Of a stretch of 64,000 nt of DNA, positions 1-10,895 are shown one piece after another. The notes beneath the pieces were generated by a model, which saw nothing but the letters and a program-made list of their open reading frames with translations, ran no database searches and was not told the origin of the DNA. The translations under genes were made by a program, and so were the position numbers. The first letter of the stretch is position 1, and each line of letters starts with the position of its first letter. This DNA is from Octopus sinensis (Eukaryota), in assembly GCF_006345805.1 (NCBI RefSeq), contig NC_043000.1:21142001-21206000 (forward strand). The letters run 5' to 3'.

Positions 1-777
1 TTTTTATATTAAAAAAGAATATAACGGTTCAGAAGAAGAGAAAGAGCAGCGATGCTCTCCTTTGTAGGGATTTTGAGACTAATAGTGAGAAGGAAAAACG
101 AAGAATGCATTGGTTGCTTTAGTAGAAGGTAAAGCAGCAAGATGTCATGTCGGAAAATCGATTGGAATACTTCCAACAGGGTGGATCCTGATAACGGCAC
201 CCGAAGGTCAAGAAGTGGTATTAAACCAAGCGATGTATACTGAATAGATAGATTAAGTCTATATCCCGTGAGGCAGTCAATGGATGAACTCTATATAACA
301 TGACTCTTTTTCTCTTTTCGTTCATAGTTATTAGTGTGGTTATATTTTACAAAAAAAAACATTTCGGTATGTACCGACATTGATATCATATTTAAATCTC
401 TAATTGATAGACGTTTGCAATGACTCTTCTTAATAAAGTTTAAGCATCACCAGTCATAGAATAAACAGATAGACAAATGGGATTGATACACATTTTGGAA
501 GAAAAACAAATTTGATTGGGGCGATAGCAGAACAATAGCTCGTAGTATGTTGTAAAAATAAATCAGCTTGATAATGAGACTGATGAGACCCAGTTATGCT
601 GAAATCGTAATGCATTCCTGAGTTCAGTAATGGTGTGAATGAGATTGACTTCATATCACTCATTCAACTGATTTGTAACAACTACAAAGTTATGCAGATA
701 CTGAAGAAGTTCATTTCATAGTCACATGTCACTTCATAGTGAAATGCTTCTTGCGAGAAGTATTTGTGAATTTGGGA

Positions 778-1080
778 GACCATTGTGAATGTGCAACGGT
801 GCATGGACATGTAAATTAACCATTCAGTAGAGATCCACTAAAATGAATATGAAATGAAAAGAACAGCTGAAAGGAGTGCCCCAGGATGGTCACATCTGGT
901 AAGAGAACAATAAGTAAAAAGAGGAAACATAAAACTGAGTGACGTTCATTACCTTCTCTAGGTTATTATTGCATAACATGTAGGCACTCCTTTCAGCTGT
1001 TCTTTTCGAGCGTATCATATTCATTTTAGTGGATCTCTACTGAATGGTTAATTTACATGTCTATGCACATTCACAATGGT
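778..1080. repeat. Palindromic MITE-like element (about 100 bp inverted arms)
   Basis: Arm 778-880 (CATTGTGAAT...ACATGTAAATTAACCATTCAGTAGAGATCCACTAAAATGAATATGA...GAACAGCTGAAAGGAGTGCC) is the reverse complement of 983-1080, with small indels. Confidence 0.85.
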
Positions 1081-1099
1081 TTTATTCCCTAATATTTAT

Positions 1100-1102
<3 letters not shown>

Positions 1103-1149
<47 letters not shown>

Positions 1150-1342
1150 TATATATATTCTGTTGTGTCTGGGAGAGTCATTTTCTTTTTGTGTCTGCCT
1201 TAATATATAACACACTCACGGTTAAATTTCCACCTTTTTCTTATTTTTATTTTCCTAAAAATTTCGTTGCGTCTTGCAACCATTTCAATAGTGTGTATGT
1301 GTTTGTGTGTCTGTGTTTACCCCCCTTCCAACATCATATACA

Positions 1343-1400
<58 letters not shown>

Positions 1401-1640
1401 CATATATATATATATAATACATATATATATATATATATTATAATATATATATATATACCTATATATATATATATATATAATATATAATATACTATATAAT
1501 TACATATATTATATATATATATATATATATACCTATTATATATATACAATATATATATATTATATATATATAATATATATATATATCTATACAACATAAT
1601 ATTATATATATATATAATATACATATATATATATACATAT

Positions 1641-1678
<38 letters not shown>

Positions 1679-1686
1679 GATATACA

Positions 1687-1718
<32 letters not shown>

Positions 1719-1877
1719 CATATATATATATAATATATAATATATATATATTATATATATATATACATATATTATTATATATATATATATATATAATATA
1801 TTACATATATATATATCATATATATATATATATATATATATATAGATATACATATATATATATATATATATATCATA

Positions 1878-1956
<79 letters not shown>

Positions 1957-1968
1957 TATATGTATATA

Positions 1969-2011
<43 letters not shown>

Positions 2012-2015
2012 TATA

Positions 2016-2068
<53 letters not shown>

Positions 2069-2070
2069 TA
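1103..2070. repeat. Long degenerate (AT)n microsatellite, interrupted at 1157-1342
   Basis: Direct reading; explains the YIYIYI ORFs. Confidence 0.98.
1156..1290 (+). repeat. Interspersed repeat fragment, second copy at 60970-61105
   Basis: ATTCTGTTG..GGGAGAGTCATT.TCTTTT...TTCGTTGCGTCTTGCAACC.TTTCAATAGT shared by both loci. Confidence 0.75.
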
Positions 2071-2235
2071 CGACGGGAATCTTTCATTTTCCGTCAACGA
2101 AATCCACTCAAAAGGCTTTGGTCGGCCCCGAGGCTATAGTAGAAGGGATTTGCCCAACGTGCCATGCAGTGGGACTGAACCTGGAACCGTGTGGTTGGTA
2201 AGCAAGCTACTTACCACACAGCCACTCCTGCGTCT
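2071..2235 (-). mobile_element. SINE-A 5' half (tRNA-like head plus CORE-like segment)
   Basis: Reverse complement matches the GGAGTGGCTGTGTGGTAAGTAGCTTGCTTACCAACCAC..GGTTCCAGGTTCAGTCCCACTGC consensus seen in many copies. Confidence 0.85.
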
Positions 2236-2374
2236 ATGTTGGGAATTAACTGACCATTTAACTCGGAGAAGAATTATGATCAAAATATTTTCAATTTGCC
2301 CTTCTGCTGTAAGGCACATGTGAATCTACATCTTCAAATGAGTTTTTTATCATTTGAATAACGTGTGATTTAGG

Positions 2375-2660
2375 GTGATGATGCATGACAGAGTGCTTCG
2401 TGGTATTCGGCTCACGAATAGTAAGGTCGTGAGTTCGATTCTTGGTGACGCGCTGTATCTTTGAGCAAGACGTTTTATTTCACGTTGCGCCAGTCCACTC
2501 AGCTGGGGCCTCTTTTCAAAGAGCCCGCCATGTCCCATTCTACGTCACGCGGAATCTCGCTAAGAACTATGTTAACGGTACACTTGTCTGCGGAGTGCTC
2601 CGTCACTTGCACGTTAATTTCACAAGCAAGCTGGACTCTCGTCATCGTAAACGACTAAGT
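2375..2660 (+). mobile_element. tRNA-derived SINE (alternative head with SINE-B type tail)
   Basis: GAGTTCGATTC B-box-like motif, TTGAGCAAGAC CORE-like segment and GGAGTGCTC..CACTTGCACGTTAATTTCAC tail; homologous to 59020-59345. Confidence 0.7.
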
Positions 2661-3140
2661 ACTAGTATGTGATTCGAAGAAGATTTTTGGCCACTATTTC
2701 TAGCAAATCGGACGACCACATAGATACCCTCTCGTTAGATCCCACTCACTTATTGCTTTGTAATGCTGTTTGCCAAAAGTATTGATAATTCGGCCACCGC
2801 CCACCGGAATCCATTTCTAACTATGATGCGGCGAAGTTTACTTTATTCCAAACATAACAGTGAATAAAGGAAACAACAGCATATTAGCCATGATCGATCG
2901 GAGACCGATGTAAGAATCCCAAGACAACGATACTTGCAATCATAAAACGTGTCTAGAATACAACTGAATGTTGTTGTTAAGTGAACAATAACGGAATAAA
3001 TAAACTATTGGAAATTGAGAATATCGATACTATATATGCGTGTGTATGTATGTATATACAAATACATAATTAGGCATATATACATGTGTGTGTGTGTATG
3101 TAGTGTGTTTGTATGTATATACACTTTATGATTAGGCATA

Positions 3141-3181
<41 letters not shown>

Positions 3182-3413
3182 TATATATATAATGTGTGTG
3201 TTGTGTATATGCGTGTGTATATACACATACATGATTCGGCAATATATATATATATATAATACTATATATATATATATATATATATGCGTGTGCGTGCGGG
3301 GTTGTGTCCACGTATCTATATCTATGTATGCACACGCACACAGAGATAAAGATGCACTCATACACATGAGAAAGAGAGAGATTGTATACGTTCCTATATG
3401 TGTGTGTGTGTGT

Positions 3414-3465
<52 letters not shown>

Positions 3466-3989
3466 ATAATATATATATAATAAAAAGAGATAGACGCGCA
3501 CACACATACTGACGGTGTATTCCAAAGTGTGTGCCTGTGTGCTTGTGTCCGTGTATAAGACTTTATATATGTGTACAGAGCGTATTGATCTCTAGCTAAG
3601 GGTGGCAGATGGGTTGATTTACTCAAAATGTTACACAGATAGAAACACGGATACCAGTTTGTAATAAAACATCTTTTCTTTTCTTTTTCAATCAACGATA
3701 CACAACAGAAACCACATAATATATATCTTAAAAGAAATACTGTTTACCGTCTTTTTTTAGCAACAATATTCTTTGTTCAACGTTTTTGTTTATAGACATG
3801 TAGGTACTCTTTTGCTCACTATTTATTATGACCACAATCTATAGTCAATTTTGATCCTTTGTATTATTCAGATATACTTTTATTCATCTGAGGCCGCTGA
3901 AGAAGCGTTCTGCAAAACACAATATACAGCCATGGTTGCCAAAACATAAGTAAAGTTGATAAAAACTTATTGTACACCATAAAGACTCT

Positions 3990-4440
3990 TCTCGTAAATA
4001 GTCTTAACTTCATGAGTGTGTTTCCGTAACAAATTGCGTGTAGGTTACTTTGCCTCTCTTTAGTTGATCAAGGTCCACATAAGATGATTTAACAAATTGA
4101 TAGTGATCAAAGGAGTCATCTGATACATCAGGACGGAGGGATAATGCATGATTGATATATGCTAAATACACAAAATGTGTGTTGGCTGTTACCATTAATT
4201 CGTAATTTTGTTTCCACAATAGATGTATCCCAATTGAAATAATAGATGTGAAGTGGCAGTCTTTGATCCAATGGCACATCCGTTGCTAATTCACCATTGC
4301 TATCGCCAAGAAAGCTTTTTTTTTTCTCCGTCGAAACTTTGTTTCCTTGAATGAGAATCGTGTATTTTGGATGACTTCTTTGATAGTTTCCTCTAGCTTT
4401 CAGTGTATTTCGAAAAGATATTAAATATTTCTGCATTTCC
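3990..4440 (-). mobile_element. Decayed Penelope-like reverse transcriptase fragment
   Basis: Minus-strand translation gives ETIKEVIQNTRFSFK and NGCAIGSKTATS, resembling the Penelope RT motif GxAMGxxxAP; frameshifted. Confidence 0.55.
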
Positions 4441-4459
4441 GCAGTTGCTAAGAGTTGCT

Positions 4460-4940
4460 TTAAGCTACTATAACACCATCAATATTTTAATTTTTCTGTC
4501 TCTGAGGCTCTTTAAGTTTGACTTAGTTATTTTCCAACCAAAACAATCCATTTAAAAATCTAGAATCACATAGGACATTCAATGATTCACCGAACTTTTT
4601 TCGAGTGATTTCATTGTAGTTCAAAATGGGACGCAACTCAGCGGAAACTGCTCGTCGCATCAACTAAACTGCTAGTTAAGAAACATCCAACAAACGGCTC
4701 AAACCTTGGTCCCCAAAAGTTTGTGGTGAAATCCTTGAAGACTTTGAAAATGAGGAAGGCCTGATAACCTTTTTATATTGACAACGACCGAACGACTCCA
4801 GAGATTGCAATGAACTAATAGCTAAACATTAAACAGTTGTTTTACATCTGTATCATCAATTGAAAAATCAAAAATATTCTGCGAGTGTGTCTACCAATAA
4901 AATTGAACGAAAATCAAAAACACCATCGTTATGATATTTG
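4460..4940 (+). mobile_element. Mariner-like transposon 5' relic
   Basis: FKMGRNSAETARRIN matches the N-terminal helix-turn-helix of mariner transposases; many stops. Confidence 0.6.
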
Positions 4941-5189
4941 TTGTGCCCTTTTTTGTAGGTATTGTGTGGACGCCCACAGACGATGAAGTAAGCTAGCCCA
5001 ATACGTAGATATAGTGGGAGAAGCCTAGACGTCAGTGTTCAGACTAGGAGAGTAGCAGAGAACAGAGTAGAGTAGCAGTCAGAGGTAGACTAGAGAAGAG
5101 TAGCGTTGACTAGAAGGCATCCGAACGTGCGACATAACAGAAGAAAAAAAAACGATCCATTTCTTGATGGTATTGCATCATGTGGAAAA

Positions 5190-5905
5190 AATGAATTCTA
5201 TAGGACAACCAGCGGCATGTTCCGCGCAGTGACAGAACTGAGGCGAAGCACTGAAGCTCTTTCCCAAATCAAAGATGCATCAAAAGAATGTTATGATGAT
5301 TGTTTGGCTTTCAGCAAGAAGAATCAAGTATCATTTCTTGATTCCTGACGAAATCATCAGAGTAGATTAGTACTGCAAAGAAATGGATAAAATGCATCAA
5401 GAACTGCAACATTTACGTAAATTACAGTACAACCCTAAAAGAAAAATTCTTTTCTCCATGATATCGCCCGACCACATAACTCAAAAATGTTAGAAGAAAT
5501 TGAACGAATTGGCCTACAAAACTCTTACTCGCAAAGTCTCTTCGCGAACGACCTATGAGTTTCGAAAACAGAGAAAAAAGTCAAATTTACTACATTACAT
5601 GTCCTTAATGTACTGGCAAGCATATTGGTCAATCAGAAACAAAATGAATGAATGAAATCGAAGTACATAAACAATAAAGGATCCGTCTGTTAAGAATGTT
5701 CCATTCACGGAACATTTAGACATTTCTGTAAATAGGAAATTCATAGAAAGGCAAAAGAATATTTTATAAAGATTTACAATCCGATCCCAAACCGGAAATA
5801 CTAGGAACTGCTTCAGAAAACAGTTACTGCTATAAATACAGCAACTCTAAAACTGGTTTATACCACGTGTCTGAAGAGATAGTTATAGACCAAAGTGGTA
5901 ACACA
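5190..5905 (+). mobile_element. Decayed Penelope-like element 3' part (GIY-YIG endonuclease)
   Basis: QIYYITCP*CTGKHIGQSE at about 5583-5640 resembles the GIY-YIG motif; a hammerhead-like relic ends the element. Confidence 0.65.
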
Positions 5906-5986
5906 AAAATCTTACTCGTATTTTTCATGAGATTTGGGTTAATCTGTAAAACAAAGTGTGTGTGTGTGTGTGTGTGCATATTGTGA

Positions 5987-6035
<49 letters not shown>

Positions 6036-6783
6036 GAGACAGAGAGAGAGACAGAGACAGAGGTACGGGTTAGAGGTTAGTGTAGTAAAAAGCAAAATGA
6101 GGGTCAGGGGTTCCTGCAACAATGTTTTCATTTGCAATTTGAATATAAATAGCAAAAATCAGTTTGGAAACCTGAAAGAGAGAAACCTGCAATACAACAA
6201 AATAGAGATCGATAGATTAAGTATGGATTGCTGTGGTAGGATCGATTATTGTTAAAGAATGAAAGCTTTAGAATCTGGCGTAGAGCCAAACTGAAGATGA
6301 AATACCATTAAATTAATGAAACTGTCTTCTTTTTTGATATAATTTAGATTTAGTATGTTCTCAGAGTTAGTATGTTGTCATAATAATAACAAACATGTTT
6401 TTATTGCAATGAATAAAAGTAGGGATTTTTGTTTATATTCTGTCTAAATTTAAAACTATATTGTTGGTACTAAAAACTGATTACAATTAAAACTTGAACA
6501 GAGTTATAATCTCAATATTAGCCCTCGTTCATTGATCTTCAGCTCTAAAGTAAACTGGACCTGGAATATTGACACAAATATTAAAAAAAGAATTAACTTA
6601 ATGTTAATTTGAGGGCAAATGGCCAAATGAAGGTCGAAGGAAATCGTGAATAGGGAAAATACACTTGTTGAAATTTCAGTAAAGGCGTCCTCGTCGCGAT
6701 TCCTATCAAATTCCTAACAAATTGCGTTAACATTACTTTCAATACTTGAGCATTTTGCTTTTCTTATCTTACAAACAACAATT

Positions 6784-7095
6784 GTGGAGGCGAAATGGCC
6801 CAGTGGTTAGGGCAGCGCGCTCGCGATCGGATGGTCGTGGTTTCGATTCCCAGACCGGGCATTGTGTGTGTTTATTGAGCGAAAACACCTAAAAGCTCCA
6901 CGAAGCTCCGGCGGTGGGGGGCACTCCTGTTGTACTCTTTCGCCCCAACTTTCTCTCACTCTTTCTTCCTGTTTCTTGAGTAACGCTGCGATGGACTGGC
7001 GTCCCGTCCAGCTGGAGGGAACACATACGCCATAGAAACCGAGAAACTGGGCCCATGATCCTGGCTAGGCTTGAAAAGGGCGCATAAATAAATAA
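6784..7095 (+). mobile_element. SINE-B, tail type ii
   Basis: Head GTGGAGGCG.AATGGCCCAGTGGTTAGGGCAGCG..GGTTTCGATTCCC (A/B boxes); homologous to 63362-63655. Confidence 0.9.
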
Positions 7096-7641
7096 AAATA
7101 TATCTTACAAACAACAATCCCAGATTTCTAAACCACTTATTTGTGGGATGATTTGTAAAATAATGAAAATATTTGATGCAGATAACGAAATGATAATAAT
7201 CATAAATGTAAAAACTCAGAGTATGCAATTAAAACAACGTTAAATTAAAATAGTCATCTATGTATGAGACTTAACAAATACGCGCTGCTGAAAGGCACGA
7301 TGCTGTGGTTTTCGTCTGAGAAGAAATCTATTCATAGATACGCCGTGTTAAAAACGCAATAAATATCTGAGCAAGACGAATTCGAAAATCGTCGATGTTC
7401 ATTTCTAGTATCTATGACTCGATTATCTAATGCAGAAGTTATCCGTCTTTTTTGTCTTCGTAATAAATTACAAATCCAATATAAAATCACTGGCATACTG
7501 CCCATGGTAAGTTTAAAGAAAAAATAGTTTAGAATCAAAATTTAGAAAACAAAATAGGAAACTGTTAATTGCCTTGTTTATCAATTATATTTGTAGGACA
7601 AAATTATGAATAATATAGTTTTTAAGATGCTCAATTGTTAA

Positions 7642-7845
7642 GGCGGCGAGCTGGCAGAATCGTTAGCACGCCGGACAAAAATTTTTAGTCCGTCTTTGCG
7701 TCATGGGTTCAAATTCCGCCGAAGTCGACTTTAACTTTTATTATTTCGGAATCGATGATAGAAGTACCAGTTAAGTACTGGGGTCGATGTAATCAACAAC
7801 TCCCTCTTCTCTAAAATTCCAGGCCTTGTGCCTATGGTAGAAAGG
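7642..7845 (+). mobile_element. SINE-C monomer
   Basis: GGCGGCGAGCTGGCAGAATCGTTAGCACGCCGG..GGGTTCAAATTCCGCCG head shared by more than 10 copies in the window. Confidence 0.85.
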
Positions 7846-8229
7846 ATGATTAGTATGGATTTTCATATCCTTAATTTATACTTTTATATTGGAAATTTGC
7901 CGCGTACCTACATACCCCTTGTGATTTATGACTTGAGACCCACTAATTTTAAGTGCCTTTTCTTTTTAAGACGATTGGATGTGGTTTAAGAGGCAGACTA
8001 GCTGCTAGTTTTAGCAAATTAACCGGCGACAAAGTGGCCACCTTATAATATCTGTATGATACTGAAAAAGCTATTTCTTCTACATAAGTACATATACATT
8101 TACTTAATGAAATATTTTTTACAAATTTAATTACAGTTTTAAAACGTAAAAGTAGTGTTTCTTAAATAATGAATTGGCAGAGTGAAGTTCCTGAAGCATG
8201 TTTTAGTAAGGAGAAAATTTCAATTGAAT

Positions 8230-9260
8230 AACATCTAATTTCATTTATATGATGAAGATTGAAGTCCATGGAAAGAATGTGGTCGCTTCTTTTTTGGCCA
8301 ATTCTTAATTATGCTGAGGAGTTCTTGCAATCGCAAAATGTGGGTCACATTCGACTTCATTGTCTTATTTTCTTTTGCGACAAAACTGAAAAGCCCAGCT
8401 CAGGAAGACATACTGACACAAATGGAAGCTGTACTTGTACAGAGCCTTCCGTTACTTTTGAGGAGGAAGCATACATCAATGGCAAAATATTATGATTGAT
8501 TTCACTTCGATTACATCTCTTGGAACTGAGGCATTCTTCAGCTCCACAAGTTCATCTCGACAATCTGCAAAAAATTTTCAATTCAGAATTTAAATTGAGT
8601 TTGTACTAAATCCAGCTCTTCATCCCTAAATTCGAATATCGGCTGATTTCATTTTCCACTGATATAAAATGCTGCAATTTTTATTTTATTACTCTTTTTT
8701 ATTTAGAATTTATAAAAATATTGGTATTCATCACCAGTAACAAGAATTAATGACAGTTTTTCAAATATTTCAACATGTTTTATCCTGACAATTTTTTCCC
8801 AAATTTTCCAATTTTCTCTTGAGATCTTTCAAAGAATCAATGAATTTTATGGTGTTTGTATTGCTTCCTTGCATCTAGAAATTCAGCTGCTCAAAAATGT
8901 CAATCAACTGAGCGAGGTTCACGATCTGCTTCTCACCATTCAGCCATGCAAAACGTCCCGTCCCACCTATCTTCGAAAATAATTTGAACCCTTCTCTAAG
9001 GTCAAATGTTCTTATACCAAGCTGCATCAATCGATTCATCAAAATATATTGAAAATAAACCGAATTATGTAAATTTGATCTTCTGTACAACTTGATCCTT
9101 AATGTCTATAACCATGTTGCATATCTTCCTTTGAGCTGTACAGATCCATGGAGAACTGCTGCAAGTTTTTTTTTTACCTCCAATCCATTTTCCAATGTAA
9201 TTTCCACAAAAGCACGAAGTTTGATCAAAATTTCCATAATTTAATAGCTCTTTTTTTTTT
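8230..9260 (-). mobile_element. hAT (Buster/ZBED8-like) transposase C-terminal relic
   Basis: Minus-strand LAQLIDIFEQLNF*MQGSNTN resembles LAYLxDIFxxLNxLNxxLQG, and LPFVSVCLPELGFSVL resembles the hAT dimerization motif LxFxSTYxCExxFS. Confidence 0.7.
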
Positions 9261-9335
9261 GCTTCTGCTTCTATACCCAGAGGTACGGCATCGATAATCT
9301 TTTAGTTTATAAATATATTCATTATTGTTATTATT

Positions 9336-9985
9336 TCTCTTTATCACAGGTTTTGTTGGAGCTTCTGGAGTCTTACATGCATAGTGGGCTTGCTACCTGC
9401 AGCCTACCGTACCATGCTATCCATTCTTTTCAGTTATCTGATACTTTCTTGATTATTCTAGCCGTGCCAAGGAGGTAAACCTTTTGTAACAGTTCTACTG
9501 GGCACTCTATCCCAATTCCCTTTATATTCCTCTTGATGCCTTTTGATACTGTTCCCAAGGACCCAACAATAATTGGCATTATCTTCACCTTCATTTTCCA
9601 TAGCCGAGCAATTTCGTACTTAAGAGGGATGTATTTATTTACATTTATTTATAATATATTTGGTTGTATATATTTATAGCATATGTGGTGCATCGTGTCC
9701 GGTTATGCTTTAGTACATGATCTGTTTGGAATGGGAAATCCCAGAGGATTTTGCTAGTCTCGGACTTCGACACTCTCATCTGATATATCAGGACTGAGGG
9801 ATAAAGTATGGATGATATATATGCTCATACCACGTTTTGCTTCTCTGTAGACCCCACTTTTCTCACAGTTTCCAATGTAGCACTTTCGCTACCAGATCGT
9901 GTCACCACAACTTGTAGTAGTTTTGGTCAAGTCTAGGGCATTCGTTCGTGATATAGGTAATAGTTTCATCCACTCTATTGCAGAT
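9336..9985 (-). mobile_element. 5'-truncated RLE-type LINE (R4/Dong-like), subfamily C
   Basis: Minus-strand PLKYEIARLWKMKVKIMPIIVGSLGTVSKG..LLQKVYLLGTARIIKKV is a typical C-terminus of restriction-like-endonuclease LINEs. Confidence 0.8.
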
Positions 9986-10039
9986 GCGGCACAGCGGAGA
10001 CACTTGCTCATTTATTTATTTAATTATATATTATTACTA

Positions 10040-10442
10040 TTTTGTTTGACTTTTGCTTTACATTTGTACAAGTTGGCTCCAAGTCTCACCCAGAGACCTC
10101 AAGAGACAACAAGTTGGAAGTTCATGCTGGTGTTATGCCTAGGGTGCTATATATTTGGTTTTGTACATAGTGTTGTTCTAGAGAATGTTTAAGAAACCAT
10201 CAGAAAATTGTTTGTTTAAAACTTGTGATTACATAGAAAGTATTTTCCATAGGATATGAGCAGTTCCCATGAGCACTATCTTTTCAATTTCTGCCATCTT
10301 GGGGTTTTCTGGTATCTGAGCTAGGTAGCAATCAGCCCCTTTTGCTATCATTCCCAGGGCACCTATGACAACAGGTATTGGTTTAGTCTTCAGGATCCAC
10401 ATTTTGCTAATTTCTATTTCAAGATCTATATATTTGCTCAGC
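10040..10442 (-). mobile_element. 5'-truncated RLE-type LINE, subfamily B
   Basis: Minus-strand KMAEIEKIVLMGTAHILWKILSM* followed by a 3' UTR; bounded by (TTA)n. Confidence 0.8.
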
Positions 10443-10493
<51 letters not shown>

Positions 10494-10573
10494 TATTATT
10501 ATTATTATTATTATTATTATCATCATCATCATCATCATCATCATCATTATTATTATCATTATTATCATTATTA

Positions 10574-10621
<48 letters not shown>
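10443..10621. repeat. (TTA)n/(TCA)n microsatellite
   Basis: Direct reading. Confidence 0.98.
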
Positions 10622-10622
<1 letters not shown>

Positions 10623-10876
10623 GTTTGACTTTTGCTTTACATTTGTACAAGTTGGCTCCAAATCTCACCCAGAGACCTCAAGAGACAAGTTGGCAATTCA
10701 TGTTGGTGTTATGCCTGGGGTGGCATATATTTGGTCTTGTATATAGTGTTGTTCTAGAGAATGTTTAAGAAACCATAAGAAAATTATGTTTGTTTTAAGA
10801 CTTGAGATTACATAGAAAGAAATTTCCGTAGGATATGGGTAGTTCCCATGAGTACTATCTTTTGAATTTCTGCTAT
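10622..10876 (-). mobile_element. Second subfamily B RLE-LINE 3' fragment
   Basis: Near-identical to 10042-10290 (TGTTTGACTTTTGCTTTACATTTGTACAAGTTGGCTCCAA.TCTCACCCAGAGACCTCAAGAGAC). Confidence 0.85.
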
Positions 10877-10895
10877 TTATTATTATTATTATTAT

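Noticed and set aside
570-625. CTGATGA..GAAA hammerhead-like spacing
   Set aside because: Neither stem I nor stem II pairs convincingly
1044-3695. Long ORFs rich in YI, HT, CV or MYVC repeats (also at 22.4-23.1, 35.0-35.7, 39.4-40.8, 45.5-46.2, 47.7-48.1, 51.1-51.9, 55.0-55.4 and 61.1-62.5 kb)
   Set aside because: They are translations of (AT)n, (AC)n and (ATAC)n microsatellites, which lack stop codons in several frames
4965-5150. Possible LTR fragment (TGTGGACGCCC start, GAGTAG repeats)
   Set aside because: No second LTR, primer-binding site or gag/pol nearby; cannot be supported
6784-6860. tRNA genes at A/B-box-containing segments throughout the window
   Set aside because: Each continues into a SINE body, and none shows a complete cloverleaf with a T-run terminator
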